Positions 23,773-37,819 of a stretch of DNA of 64,000 nt are shown one piece after another (within the stretch, counting starts at the first letter, position 1; the number at the start of each line of letters is the position of its first letter). This stretch comes from Octopus sinensis (taxonomy: Eukaryota). The stretch lies in contig NC_043005.1 of assembly GCF_006345805.1 (NCBI RefSeq), positions 1,488,001 to 1,552,000 of the forward strand, read 5' to 3'. Position numbers and translations under genes: made by a program. The notes under the pieces are model-generated. The model had not been told where the DNA came from and searched no databases. It was given only the letters and a program-made list of their open reading frames with translations.

Positions 23773-26449
23773 TTTAGTAAAACTGAGCTTAGCATGTACG
23801 TGTACATTGAAATTACAATTTCAAAAATAAATTTATTTGTCCCTGACAAGCTGAAAAGATACCTTGAAGCATTGAAGCAGCCGTGAATAGAAGCCATCTC
23901 TCTCTCTCTACAAAACTGGAGCCAAGCAGCAACAGTGATGATGGCAGAGTAAAACCAGGTCTTTGTTTGAGAGTTTGGCAGAGGAACCAGAAGTAAAGAG
24001 ATATGCCAATAGCATTACAAGTGCTGCAGTGACAAACTGGAATCTATCCTTGGCTCTAACACAACACTCTCTTACAGAGATGGTAGCACCTTAATAATCA
24101 AGCTGAATTTGTTTTTGTTTCTTTTTACTTCTTTTCTTTTTCCTTTTTTGCTTGTTTTGATGTTTATTTTTACAACTGCTAGCAACTCCGTTTGCTCTGG
24201 TGTTAATCCTAAATATATTTATGTAGGGCAAGCACTGTAATATAGTCTGGATCTCAAGGGATAAACTGTTTCAATGAAATAAATATTTTGTTAATGCTTA
24301 CTTTGTGCGAATGCCATGGAGTGGGTGGTAGCCATGGAAATTGACACAAGTTGTGAATTTAGTCTTGGAGAAATTTCAACGCTGCAACATCTAACACACA
24401 CATACACACACACTTGAAATAAAAGATTAAAAAATGAAAAAATAAAATAAATAAAAAACAAAGCAACAAAACCATGAAATCTGCTCAAAGGTCAGATAGG
24501 CAGCCTGTAGCAGGGAGTGAACCATCTACAATACATATGGCTAATAAGCTGGCATCTTAATACTTAAAACCCACACGCTCAAATATGAGGAAGCATTCCT
24601 TTATTATATTCACAACAAACTAAACATCTACAATAGAACTGTTTCTTTTATCGCAAACCTCTGGGTCCAGCAGATAATATCATGAGAAAGAGGAGTTCAA
24701 AGCAGAAGGCATAATTTGAAAAGAAAACCTGATGGCCATTTATTGGAAGGTTTCATGACTTACATACAAGGTTTACTCATTAAATTCTGTGTCACAGATT
24801 GGAACAAAAGACTCGGACATTTAAGAAAATGACAATTTTAATTTGAGAGAGAGACAGCATAGAAAGAAGCTCCCACATGGTCGTGTGTTGTTAAGATTAG
24901 AACAGAAGGGTGGCATTGAGGAACTTGTTCAAAAAAGATTTGGTTAGTATATTAACAAGTATTTATAAACAAATAGAATCAAGCAATGGTGGGGAAACAA
25001 ACACAGACATACAAATATATATATATATACACACACACACACTCTAAACAATTCTAGATCATCCATGTCTGAAATTATTTTTTACAGCCATCTTACCTTT
25101 TCCTCCTCCACCCCAGCCTTACACTTTAGACTCAGGGTTACCAACATAATCACTATTGACCCTCTCCCCTATAATCTATGTGGTGTCAATAACCACCTGG
25201 AGCAATTTGGAGCCTTAAGGGTGCTTAATTATTAGCAAACTGAACTTTGAAGAGTGTAATTTAATGTTAAAATGCACAAATTTCCAACAAAATACTGATG
25301 CAAGAACATTCACCCAGCGTCCCACATTCAATATTCAGACTTTATGCCACTGCCATCATTGCTGCTGTCGCTGTCATTGTCGTCAATGGCTTAAATTTTA
25401 GAGAATATAAAGAAAGAGATCAAGTTTATAAGAGACAAAGTCTGGGTAAATTCTGGTTCAATAGATTTGGGCAGTGATTTGTTTGGTCCATCATATTAAC
25501 CCAAATAGGAACACAAGGATTAATACAAATCTGATGTGCCATTATGCTTCTATGTTGTCACACAACCTGCTAGAAATAGCAGCCAAATCTCTCTCAAATC
25601 ACACCTTGAGAGTGTAAAATAGAAATGATATAGTGTAGTCACAGATATACAAAACATGGGATGGGCACACCTGGATTGTCTTTGATCAGATGTCTGTTAA
25701 ATCAGAGTAGATCTGGGTCTAACAATGAGCGGATATGAGGGATGAAGGTATAAATCAACATCAGTCAGATTAACCATTCCATATCAACTTTCTAACAAAA
25801 CAATAAACTGCTTTAGTATTACAATTAATACAACAAACATTCAGAAGAGGGAATTGAGTAAGAGGATCCCTACTGATGGAATAACCAAGTTCACATTACT
25901 CTGCAGAGAGCATGAAAGCTGGTTTCCTGGTTTCTCTGACACATATATTCCTGTCTGGATGAGACAGCAGGTCCGTCTCCGGATTACTCACAGCTGACTG
26001 AACCGGAACAGCATGAAATAAAGGCTTTTGCTCACGCACACACACACCACACACCATCTGATCCAGGAACTGAACTCATGATTGCTGGACTGTGAGGGCA
26101 ACACACTAACCACCAGGTCATCTGTCTTCAGTCTTTATTTATTTATATCATATCCACATTTCCATGCTTGGATGGAATTTTTTGAGGGAGAATCTTGACA
26201 GCCAGATATCCTTCTGGCAGCTAATGTTTGCCAGTTTCCATGCAAGGTGATATTTTCCCATGACCAGACATGCTTTCCACAGAAGATTCAAAATGAAGGA
26301 CTCTGTTGTATGAGAATTAAATTTATTTACAATTGCCATATGATGTGAATACAAGGAGACACAAACATAAACACACATCTATCTGTCTGTCTGTCTGTCT
26401 ATCTATCTACAGAGAGCAATGGATAAATTATTGCCCTTTTATCGGCGAA

Positions 26450-27207
26450 CCAGATGGCTGAACCAAGCTCCAATCTTGATCTGGCAGAGTTTCTACAGCT
26501 TGATGCCCTTCCTAACGTCAACCACTCCAAGAGTGTAGTGGGTGCTTTTTACGTGCCACTGGCACAGGTGCCAGTAAAGCAACGCTGGTAACGATCACAC
26601 TCGAATGGTGCCTTTTATGTGCCACTGGCACTGAAGCTGGTTAGCCGCTCTGTCAACGATCACGCTCGTATGGTGCTCTTTGCACCCAGCTAGCATGGAT
26701 ATCAGTCATCGAATTTGATTTTAATTTCACTTGCCTAAACAGGTCTTCGCAAGCAGAGTTTAGTGACCAAAGAAGGAAAAGGTACACATAAGTGGGCTTG
26801 TTACACCCTTGGCATAGGCCATGGGTTATGGTCTCACTTGGCTTGCCGGGTCTTCTCACACACAGCATATTTCCAAAGGTCTCGGTCACTAATCATTTCC
26901 TTGGTGAGGACTAATGTTCAAAGGTTGTGCTTCACCACTTCATCCCAGGTCATCCTGGTTCTACCTCTTCCACAGGTTCCCTCAACCACTAGGGTGTGGC
27001 ACTTTTTCCCACAGCTATCCTGATCCATTCTCACCACATGACCATACCAGCACAGTCGTCTCTTGCACACCACATCTGATGCTCCTTAGGTCCAACTTTT
27101 CTCTCAAGGTACTTACACTCTGTCGAGTATGCACATTGACATTACACATCCATCGGAGCATACTGGCTTCATTCCTTGCGAGCTTACGCATGTCTTCAGC
27201 AGTCACG
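26450..27207 (-). mobile_element. RTE LINE 3' fragment
   Basis: ORF 27015-27206(-) TAEDMRKLARNEASMLRWMCNV, plus reverse-complemented 3' UTR hairpin units (GGTGCTTTTTACGTGCCACTGGCAC). Confidence 0.9.
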
Positions 27208-27670
27208 TATATATATAAATAAATAATTCATCGTTATTATTTAATGACCATTTTTTTCCATTCTTACACAAGGAGCCAGATGGAACTCATATTGGGGCAA
27301 TTTTTCTACAGGTGGACGCCCTTCCAGTCACCAACCTTTACACGTTTCCAAGCCAGTATTTCCCCCACAGCCTGCTATGTTTCACAAGAACCTTGGAAAG
27401 GAACAACATCACTTGTATGATGCTAAAGCTCACTTGCAGTCATTGCATGATATCAAAATAAGGGTGCACATAAACACATACAAACATACACATACACACA
27501 CACACACATATATACACAGATGACAGGCTTCATTCAGTTCCCATCCACCAAATCCACTCCTAAAGCTTTGATTGGCCTGGAGCAGTATTAAAAGACACTT
27601 GCCCAAGGTGCCATGCAGTGGGATTGGACATGGAACCATGTGGTTGAGAAGGAAGCTTCCTAGCCACACA

Positions 27671-28528
27671 TCTATATCTATAAAGCAGAGTTTGTGTGTG
27701 TGTGAGTTCCTTATGCATTCGGAAACTTAGTTGTCAATTTTCACATATGGTGCATCAGAAGACTCAATAATCTTTTGCTTACCAAATACACTTTATTATC
27801 ATTTACATATTTGTATTATAAAAATGTAACATTATAATCTTTCTAGAAGTCAACTATTGTAAACAACATTTTATACGACATCACATTTTCTATATGAGAG
27901 TGTGTGTCAGTCAGTGTTTGTTATGTACTTTAGGCCAAGGATTGGGAAGTATATGTGTGGCTGTATGTGAGGGTGTACGTGCATGTGAATATGCATACAT
28001 TTTTGTGACGAATAACACACACACACACACATTCACATACATATCTAAAAAGAGAGACATACACACAGAGTGACAGAGAGGTGTGCATGGATGTATGTCC
28101 CTCTGTGTTTGTTTTAGTATTTGTATGTGAGTGAAGTGAGTGTTGTGTGTGTGTGTGTGTGTGCGTGTGTGCATATGTTCCTTATGCATTTGAGAACTTA
28201 GTTGTGGATTTTGACATATGGGGTATCAAAAGATTCAGTAATCTTTCAGCTACCAAATAAACTTTATTTTTATTTACATTACAAAAATTTAACACTATAA
28301 TCTTTCTATAAGTCAACTATTGTAAGCAACATTTTATACCACCACCACCACTACCACTACCACCACCGCGTCACATTTTCTACGAATGTGTGTGTGTGTG
28401 TGTGTGTGTGTCTGTCAGTGTATGTGTGTTTGCTCGTTTGTTACATACTTTAGGCTGATGACTGAGAAGTGTACATGTTTCACAGTATGTGAGGGTGTAT
28501 GTATGCATGAATATATGTACATTATTGT

Positions 28529-28561
<33 letters not shown>

Positions 28562-29533
28562 CTAAAGAGAAAGAGACATACACACAGAGGGACAGAGATA
28601 TGCCTGAGGTGTGTGTGAATGTGTCTGTCTTAATATATATGAGTGTATGTGTGTGCAATTGCATGTGTGATAATTTTTATAAGTTAGAGTTTACATGAAA
28701 TTACATGTGATTAAATGACACTTTCTCTTGGGGATCTTATGGATAAAGTATTTTCTAATTTATCTGCCAATTACACTGATGTAAACTGGTTAAATGAAAG
28801 AGTTGGCTCCAACTAATGAAAAGTTAACATGTACATCAGAAATGACTTTTCAATCAATTGACAATAGTTGATCAAGATCATGTTATTCAATATCCTGTTG
28901 AATTTCTGAACACACATAAACCCACTGGGATCCCATCGCATAATTTGACACGAAATCTGGATGCTCCCATTACATTGTTCAGGAATCTTGACCCACCTCG
29001 CCTGTGTAATGGAACTCAATTGTTACTTCCATGAAGCCCACATGTCCTACAGCAACAATCATAACAGGTAGTTACAATAGAGAAAACGTCTTTATTCCAA
29101 AATTTCCTCTCACACCTACAGATGTTCCATTTCAATTTAAGAGGTTTCAGATTCCAGTCAAACTAAGTTTTGGTATTTCAATTAACAAATCTCAGGGGTC
29201 AATCCCTCACGGTAGTTGCACTTAATCTCTCTACTACATGCTTCTCCCATGGCCAATTCTATGTTGGTTGCTCACGAGTTGGAAGCAGCAACAATTTATT
29301 CATTTGGACATAAACCAAAAAAATCACACAAAGAATATTGCTTACCCTGAGGTGCTTCAAGACTGACAGATTTTCAGTTCTGAATTCTATTATCATCACA
29401 ATTTAGATATTTAAAAAATGAAATATAGATATTTTGAAACAATTAGGAGCAAAAAAAAATATCTTTATATTTATTGTTTACTAATTTGAATAATACCAGC
29501 AGTAACCCAGGCAACGCCGGATCATTCAGCTAG
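27671..29533 (+). mobile_element. Non-autonomous or deleted Helitron retaining the PIF1-helicase C-terminus
   Basis: 28980-29366 encodes PPRLCNGT, VFIPKFPL, FQFKRFQIPVKLSFGISINKSQG, FSHGQFYVGCSRV and NIAYPEVL across frameshifts. 3' end is a GC hairpin CCAGGCAACGCCGG followed by CTAG (29530-29533). Candidate 5' end A|TCTATATCTATAAA at 27671 (less certain). Confidence 0.8.
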
Positions 29534-31482
29534 AAGCTAATATTTATAGAATATATTTATGATATATTTATAGAATATAATATTTATATAGAATAATGTA
29601 TATTTTCATAATCTAATATCTTGATCTTTATTTACTGAAGTAAGAATCTGGTCTTTGAGAAAAATTCCTCAACATAATGTTATAAAGGAATTTTTTGTCT
29701 TCAAAACTGTTCCAAATAAAAGTGGTTATAGGTATAATTAAAATTCTTTAATATCTCACTTTTACTAGTTTTAGCCTTGGAAGATGAATACAGAACCATT
29801 TTGTGTTGGTTGATAGTTAACCACATGTTTTAGGAGAGGCCAAATGTAATTTACCAGGTTAAACTGAAGGTTTTTAAGATTTATGTCTGTAATGCCCCAG
29901 ATTAGGAGAATGTAGGGGTGGAATACAAAACCTCAATGCCAATATTTGCCCACATTTGAAAAGGCAAGTTATATTCTTCATTTAAACTCAAATTCAAAAG
30001 TTAATTTCCATGCAGCATGGAAATTAAAAATAGCCACTTGGCCTCCATCACATCCTTCCGTCTTAAATAGAAAGGACACATAATGTAGTTCTAAATGACA
30101 TTAAAAAACGACTGGATGACTATGGCTGGAATGTCTTTGATCAAAGGCCTGCTTGCTTGGCCTGGATGACACAATAATTACTATCTTTACTCTCAGTTAG
30201 AACATCTCAAGTGTAAAATCTTCAGCCTTTCCAGAGTGACTCACTTACAATAGATTATGTCATCCTTATACACTGTGCCTGGGAAAAAGAAAAGTCAACA
30301 GGATGCTCAAGGCTGGAACATCTTTGATCGTATGTCCAGCCTTTCAGGTATTTCTAACTCACTTATCATTCCACTTCTCTCACTGACCATACTGTCTCCA
30401 TTCCAGCTTGGGTCCCATACTAACCCTTACATTCAGTTCTTCCTTCAAGAATTTCTAACCTACACATGTTTTTGCAACTATTCAAGAGAAGTTTTAACCA
30501 TCCGACCCATGCCAGTATGGAAGGAGGATATTAAGTGAAGATGACGATGATGATGATGATGATCTCACCAGTCTCAAAGAGTCTGTGAAATCTATGGGCC
30601 CAGCCCTTTCATCCAGATGAATTTAATAGTTATAAAAAGAAGGGCTAACTTGGACTTCACTAATGACACACATACATACTATTGTCCAGTTTCTGGTCAA
30701 ACAAGGTACAACCAATTCAGCTAATGAGAGGTATGTATGAATAAGGAGGAAGTAGAAGAGAGAGAGAGAGAGAGGAGGGATGTTGTTTGTGAATCTATAC
30801 ACATAACGACTTTATACATATGTATGTATATGATAATTAGAAGAGGTCAGTTCTTCCAGAGAATAGAAAAGCAATCAGGTGATAATTCGAATAAAAAGCA
30901 AGAGAACAAAACAGTTTTATTCATGTTATTGTTCATCCTGTAGCTGCGGTTGATGTTATTGTTGCTGTTATTGTAGTAGAGGTTCATGTTGAATTGTGGT
31001 TCACATGTTGTTGTTGTTGTAGTGTTTCATGGTGGAGGATGAGTAGGAGGGGAGGGGGTTGCTCTGACAATGAATAATTCAAAGCCATGGCAATCAACAT
31101 ATTGTCTTGCTTTTGCTCCATAACCCCTCCCCTCATACATCCCACACGATCCCCTCCCCCCACCCCAATCAGTGAAAGAGGGTGGACTTAATTGGTTGCA
31201 CCACCCGACCATAAACATTTGGTTGGCGGCACACATTTTTGCTTTCAAGTAGATTTCACTAGACACACACATACACACACACACAAATGATGATTTATAT
31301 ATACACACACACACATATAGATCTGCCTATACATACAGATACTTATATAAATGTGAAGGTGTGTGTGTGTGTGTGTGTATTTATATACACACAATAAAAT
31401 CATATCACTAATCACGATTTCACTTCACAAAAATATTGAACCCTACACACACACACACATTTACACACACACATATATATAT

Positions 31483-31518
<36 letters not shown>

Positions 31519-31822
31519 GGAGATAGAGAGAGAGAGAGAGAGTCATGAAAAAGGTGGTGGTGGATTGGAAGAACAAGTGAGGCATTTGACAAAAGTGCTT
31601 CACAGCATTTCTTCCAGTTCTTTACATTCTGAGTTTGTAGCAGGAATATTCCACAATTCTTTAATTTTATCCAATGTCACAAATCGCAAGAATATTCACT
31701 CAGGTGATCGATCTGACTGATCATGACTTTGCTAAGAACAATTCCATCCGTTCATGTCTTTCTCTCTGGGCCTATCCAACATTATAAATTCAGCACACAG
31801 GAAGTGTTGACACACCACAGGA

Positions 31823-31970
31823 CAGTGGCCCCCAACCTGTGGTCCGCAGACCCCTGGTAGTACTGGGAGTCCAGGAACATGTTAAAATGACAGACCTTTC
31901 AGTATCCTGCGGTCTGTGGGAAAGCTCATTTACATAAAAGGGGTCCTTGGTAGTGAAAAGGTTGGGACAC
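31823..31970. mobile_element. Possible degraded hAT/Charlie-like MITE
   Basis: CAGTGGCCCCCAACCT...AAGGTTGGGA termini and internal GGTCCGCAGAC / GCGGTCTG motifs. TSD not clear. Confidence 0.4.
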
Positions 31971-32281
31971 AACCAACAGAGAAGGCAGACAGCAGCTGAT
32001 ACTTGTACTGCTGCTACAATTACACCCACAACAAAAACATTCAAACTCTCTCTCAACATTTTGCTGTTTGCAGCAAAGACAATATTTTTCTTTGTGTATG
32101 GAAAGAATAAATATTTCATTTTTCATAAGTCTCAACCAATATCAGTGTTTTACTTCATACAAGTTCAAATCCCACCAAGGTTAGCTTTCTTCAATGAAGT
32201 AAATTACCAATCAACACGTCAATTTAATCATCCACCCCCACCTCCACCTGACACTGTAGGCCTTGTGCCTCATTTCGAAAC

Positions 32282-33990
32282 ATTATTATTATTATTATTG
32301 TTGTTATGTTTTTAGTTTTGCTTTTATTTGAGTTGCACCCAATTCTCAACCAGAGACATCAAGGGACAAGGTTTTGGATCTAAAGATGCTGAAAGGCGAG
32401 GTGCCATGCAACTGAAAACACTGACGTCTGTAGGAGATTAAAAAAAAAACACAGAGTAAGAATGCATTTACATGGAGAGGAACTTACATAGAATATGTGA
32501 GGTGGCCATAAGTATGATTTTGGTTTATTTTTGTAATTTGCTTGTTTTTGGGGGCTCCTTTTCGTATTATTCCAAGTGCACCAATAACAATGGGTAATGG
32601 GTGCCACATTCTTCCAATTTCAGTCTCTAAGTCCTTATCTTTGCTCAATTTTTCAAATATTCCCAGAGATGTGTTTTTGTCAATTGGCGCTGCAACATCA
32701 AACAAAAGACGAGCCTTTACAACATGATTCTTCACAATAATTTCCTGATTCGTTTGTCTGAGTTTCTCCAAACAATCTGAACACGGAAATTCCAAAGGAT
32801 GATAACTTCAGCATTCTGCACAACTTGTGCTGGTTTGTGTCCCCACCAATTCTCTTTGTTATGGAGGTTGTATGAGTAGCATGTTGACCAATAACTATGC
32901 ACTGAACTGTCCTACCATGTCTGTGTTGATACTGGTCAGCTGCATTCAGAGATTATGAGGTCAATTGTCTCTGAATGCTCTCTACATGTGCAACATGTTG
33001 GGCTACTTTCATGTCTCAGAACATTACTCTGGTAATTCCTAGTTGGAAGGAACTGATCCTGAGCAGCAGAGATATACCCCTCAGTTTCTGGTTTGAGACC
33101 AGAGCATCTCAGCTACTGAGGGGTAAGGGTTTGGGCTGCATCTGGGTCCCTGGTTCTAATTGGGTATTTGCCATGCAGTGGTTTTTGCTCCAGTTTTTCT
33201 TTAGTCTATCACAGACCGGTTTGTTAGGCTATATTTTTTTGTTTTGCCATTTCAGCTGAGGACACAATTTCTTCATGTATTGGGTTTGTCAAGCTGTATT
33301 TCTTGAAGGTATAGTTTGTGGTTGTCATCACTGAGTCCAACTTTTTGGTAACTCCATGTTTCAGAACTGGCTTTAACATTCAGTTGTTTGTCACAGATAG
33401 GCAGAAAGTCCCATGGTTGCAATTTTCAATGGCTGCCTTCTCTTCTCAGGAGGTTTATTCAATCTACGTCTGTTTCAGGGTGATGCATAGGCTTTCATAT
33501 CATCATCAGCTTTCCTATTTTGATATGAGAGAGGAAAAAGTTTTAAGCAATGAAGTTGTGTGTGATTACAGGCATGGCCTCAGTTTTGTTTCTGGCATTC
33601 GGCTACATTTTCAGAATGGTTCTCACTGTTTGGTAGCACACCTTCCTTATCTTTTCTCTCATTAGTGAGTGCTTAATTTCATCCCTTTCCCATATTTCTA
33701 GATACTTCTAGCTGTCCTAAAGTTCCAATTCTTTTATTTCCATGTCTCCCTAGAAGGAGACACCAAAAGAGTTTGAAAGCTTTCCCTTGGTAAATGTAGC
33801 CTTGGTGTATTTGCCCAAATTCCATTTTGATGTTGTCACTAAATTGTTTGTGTGTGTGTAGGATTGAATACAGTTGGCAATCATTTCGAGAGAAAACAGT
33901 TTCAAGTCATCCACATAGAAATAATGATTGTTTTTCCATACACTCTGCATCCAGAATTTGCTTCATTCGAGAGACTGCTTTTGGGAAACA
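32282..33990 (-). mobile_element. Degraded RLE-type non-LTR retrotransposon (R4/Dong-like)
   Basis: RT motif HYFYVDDLKLF (33750-33950-). Decayed Zn knuckle CCTC...ETIDLIISEC near 32940-33000. Restriction-like endonuclease LFDVAAP.D.N...EKLSK.KDLE.EI.RMW...PIVIGALG (32484-32795-). (TAA)n 3' end. Confidence 0.8.
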
Positions 33991-34019
33991 GTGTATAACA
34001 AAGGAGAGAATAAGTCTCT

Positions 34020-35478
34020 CTGTTCTGAGTTCAAATTCCGCTGAGGGTGACTTTGCCTTTCATCCTTTCTGGGTTGATAAATTAGGTACCAGTTGTGTAC
34101 TGGGGTTGATGCAATCGACTATTCAATTTTTTTTTTCAATTAAATTTTTATTGGCTCAAAAAGCAAAAGCAAGGCCATGTAGGGGGACATGGAGTTATGT
34201 ACAGGGAGGGTGTTCATGCAAAGAGTTCAGGCCATTTCTGGTCAAGAGAGACTTTGAACCGAGCGGTCGTCGGCATCTTCACTATCTTGTCCAGCAGCTT
34301 ATTCCACGGATCCACAACCCAGATGGAGAAAGCCCCTCTTTTTTGATTGAGATGAAATCATCATAGATAGAGCTTTTCGGAGTGACCCCGCAGCCCATGC
34401 TCTGGAGCAGGAGTGAAGAACAGCTCTTTCGAGAGGTTACACTTTCCGCTTATGATGTTGTGAGCAAGAATGAGATCACCACGTCGGCGTCGTTTTTTTG
34501 AGAGAATAAAGGTTGAGCGTCTTCAGCCTTTCTTCATAAGACATATGACTGAGACCAAGAACCATGCGGATAGCCAGCTTCTGGACTCTTTCGAGATGCT
34601 GTATGTCTTAGAGGAGATAAGGAGAAGAGGCTTGAAGCCCGTACTCCAATATGGGTCTCACCAGCGTGACATAGAGCGGTAGGAATATGGCTGCTGTGAA
34701 CATTCTGAATGACCGTCGAATCAAAAACAGAACTCCGCGTGCTTTGTTGGCAGCATGGACGCATTGGGCTGAAGGCAAGAAGGAAGAATCCACCAAGATA
34801 CTCAGGTCCTTTACCTGGTCGGTCTTCTCCAGCAGCAGATGACCCGGCTCGAAATCAAGTTGAGTTGCAGAAGAGGAGCCAACAGGCAGATGACAGCACT
34901 TTGACACATTCAGACACAGGTCCCATTCGTTTGACCATCTCCAAACTTGGTGGAGGCATCGATGAAGATCATCTATATCACTGCGAGGAGCGACCAGTTT
35001 GACATCGTCGGCAAATAGTAGGGTGTGTTGTGTGAGGTCATTTGGCAAGTCATTGATGAAGACTAAGAACAATAAGGGCCCAAGCACTGAACCTTGAGGC
35101 ACGCCACTGCTCGCACTGGAGACGTCGGACCGCAAACCATTAACTTGGACTTGGAAGGAGCGATCCGAGAGGAAGGCACCAACCCATCATACAATATCCC
35201 GATGGAAACTATATGCTTGAAGGTTGACAAGTAATAGGCAGTGGTTTACCGAGTCAAAAGCTTTGGCAAAGTCCAATAAAACGATGTCAACAGCATCACC
35301 ATCATCGAGGATACGCGTCACCAATTCTTCCACAACCAGTAAGTTGGTCAAGCATGATCTCTTCGGCACGAAGCCGTGTTGGGAATCAGAGATAGAGGCT
35401 GTGTTTTGGAGGTGGAGCAACATACTTGTCTAGTCCCCTACCCCCAAATTGCTGGCCTTGTGCCTACAGTAGAAAGGT
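34020..35478 (+). mobile_element. SINE (family C) split by a LINE insertion: 34020-34121 and 35430-35478
   Basis: GTTCTGAGTTCAAATTCC...GCCTTTCATCCTTT..GGGTTGATAAA...AATCGACTA resumes as CTAGTCCCCTACCCCCAAATTGCTGGCCTTGTGCC. Uninterrupted relatives at 59490-59695(-) and 61978-62160(+). Confidence 0.75.
34122..35429 (-). mobile_element. CR1/L2-group LINE, 5'-truncated
   Basis: QHGFVPKRSCLTNL, LDFAKAFDSV, SGVPQGSVLGPLLF, LFADDVKL and LVRPILEYG. AATAAA and an A-rich tail at the 34122-34152 end. Confidence 0.92.
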
Positions 35479-35744
35479 TGAGGAAAAAGAATAATAAATG
35501 AATTCTATCCTACAATCAAGAGAAACCCTTGCCCAAACCCAGGCAAAACCAAAATCGTCCCCATTGTCCCCATGCTGACTTCATAGCAATATCCATTCCT
35601 GGACTGACTCCCGCATCCATCGCAAATAGGTGCAGCTTCTTTTCTGTTTTTCCTCCCTTTTTTTTTTATCTTTAAATCCTCTCCTTCAAACACTCAGACA
35701 TCGAAATCAACAACCATCCTCATCCTCATTATTATTATTATTAG

Positions 35745-36012
35745 CCCTGACTGGCTTCCGTGCCGGTGGCACGTAAAAAGCGCCATCCGACTGTGGCTGT
35801 TTGCCAGCCTCGTCTGGCACCTGTGCCGGTGGCACGTAAAAAGCACCCACTACACTCACGGAGTAGTTGGCGTTAGGAAGGGCATCCAGCAGTAGAAACA
35901 TTGCCAGATCAGACTGGGCCTGTGCAGCCTTCTGGCTTCCCAGACCCCAGTTGCACCGTCCAACCCATGCTAGCATGGAAAGCGGACGCTAAACGATGAT
36001 GATGATGATGAT
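35745..36012 (+). mobile_element. RTE LINE 3' end (2 hairpin units, terminal stem-loop, GAT tail)
   Basis: GTGCCGGTGGCACGTAAAAAGC twice, CCATGCTAGCATGG, (GAT)n. Confidence 0.9.
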
Positions 36013-36569
36013 TATTATTATCAAAGCAGCAAGATGGCAGAATTATTCGTGTACCAGGTGAAGTGCTTAGAAGTTTTCCTGGGGATGTATAGCAGCGAAA
36101 AAAAACACTCACACACACACACACATATAGGTGCAGGCAAGGCTGTGGGAGTTAAGGAATTTGCTTTGAAACCATGAGGCTGCAGGTTCAATCCCACTGC
36201 ATATCATCCTGGACACATGCATTCTGCCATAGCCTGAACCAACCAATATTTTTTTCAGTGAATTTGTAAGCCAGAAACTGTGTGGAAGCCCATCATATAT
36301 GTGTGTGTGGGGGGGAGGCTTCCCTTGATATCACATGATGTTGTAAATCCCTGTTGTACAAGCAGTATCATTCATTTCCTGTTGAAAACATATCTAGTCA
36401 TAGGAAATATTCCCTTGCTTGAAAACAAGGGACAGTTAGCAACAGGAAAGGCATCCAACCACAGAAAATCTGCCCCTGTAAGATGCTTCCTGACCCATGA
36501 TGATGATGATGACATATATATATAGAAGTACTATCATGGCTGAATATAAACACACACACGCACACACAT

Positions 36570-36613
<44 letters not shown>

Positions 36614-36951
36614 AAAATTCTTCTCCTCTCTGGCTCTGGCTTTTATATTCTGTGACAATGTTCAATTTCTATCATGCTGAAAATCTTCAATAGAAATGTT
36701 TAAGACACACTTATTTGTTTCAATGTTACCAATATTCACTCCACAATATGAGAGAGAGCAGCCATCTGTAAATGAATTCTACAGAATGCAGGAAGACATT
36801 CTTTAAGAATCGTTTGAAACCATTGTGCTGCAAACTTCTCTTGTCCAGTCCAATAACACCAGCTTAGTAAAACAAGTGTTACATAGATAGAAATGAAGTC
36901 TTCATTCATGCATATATACATATGCATACATACATACATACAACATTCATA

Positions 36952-37819
36952 TGAGGGGGTACCCAAAAGAAACTGGAATTTTGCAGTATTATTTCCTTCC
37001 CTTAGTTCTATGTATTTACACTTTAATCGCTTTCAAAGTATTCTCCATTTGACGCACTCCATCAGTCCAAGCACGTTTTCTACTATTCAAAGCAGAGCTG
37101 CAACTCCTGCGAAGTGATGTCTTTTAACCTTTCCGTCGTTTCTTTTCTTCACCTCTTCCACATCTGCAAATTCCGTAGCACCAGTTTTCGTCACCAGTGA
37201 TGACCTTCGAAAAAAAGGTCCGGATCAACTTCCGGCTGTTCTTTCAGTTCCATGACATGCATTCAGTTGTGACTGTTTCCGATCTTCTCTGAGTAAGTGT
37301 GGCACAAATTTTGCTGCAACTTTTTCCATTCACAATTCCTCACTTGGAATTTGTTGGCAGGAGCTCCGGGAAACACCAGTCGTATCAGAAAGTTCATCAA
37401 TTGTCTTGTGATGGTTGACCAAGATTAGTTCAGGAATTTTCATGACGTTTTCATTCGTTCAGGTCGTCCTGAACAAGGCTGGTCTTCAAGTGACCATTCC
37501 TAAAGCATGGAAACCACTCGTAAACTTGTGTTTTGCTCATGGCAGCATCCTTGTAAGCTGTTTGAAACATGACAACTGTTTTGGCTGCTGTTTTCCCCAG
37601 CAGAAAACAAATTTTCACGGAAGCATGCTGTTCCTTTGTTTCAGCCATCACAAGAATTGACGAACAGGAGAGAAGCACTGCAAAGCATAGCAGTATGACC
37701 CCACTGGACAACACCAGTTGGCAGACTGATGCCTGAGGATCACATCAAGTGGTTTCTAGTGGCAGAAATCTGAAATAAAATGGGTTTGTCCCACAGAGAA
37801 CGTTTCTGGTACGCCCTTG
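36952..37819 (-). mobile_element. Internally deleted mariner element
   Basis: ORF 37451-37714(-) EQHASVKICFLLGKTAAKT...AMSKTQVYEWF is a mariner HTH. C-terminal SNGEYFESD* near 37023-37055(-). Decayed TIRs TA|TGAGGGGGTACC and GGTACGCCCTTG|TA. Confidence 0.8.
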
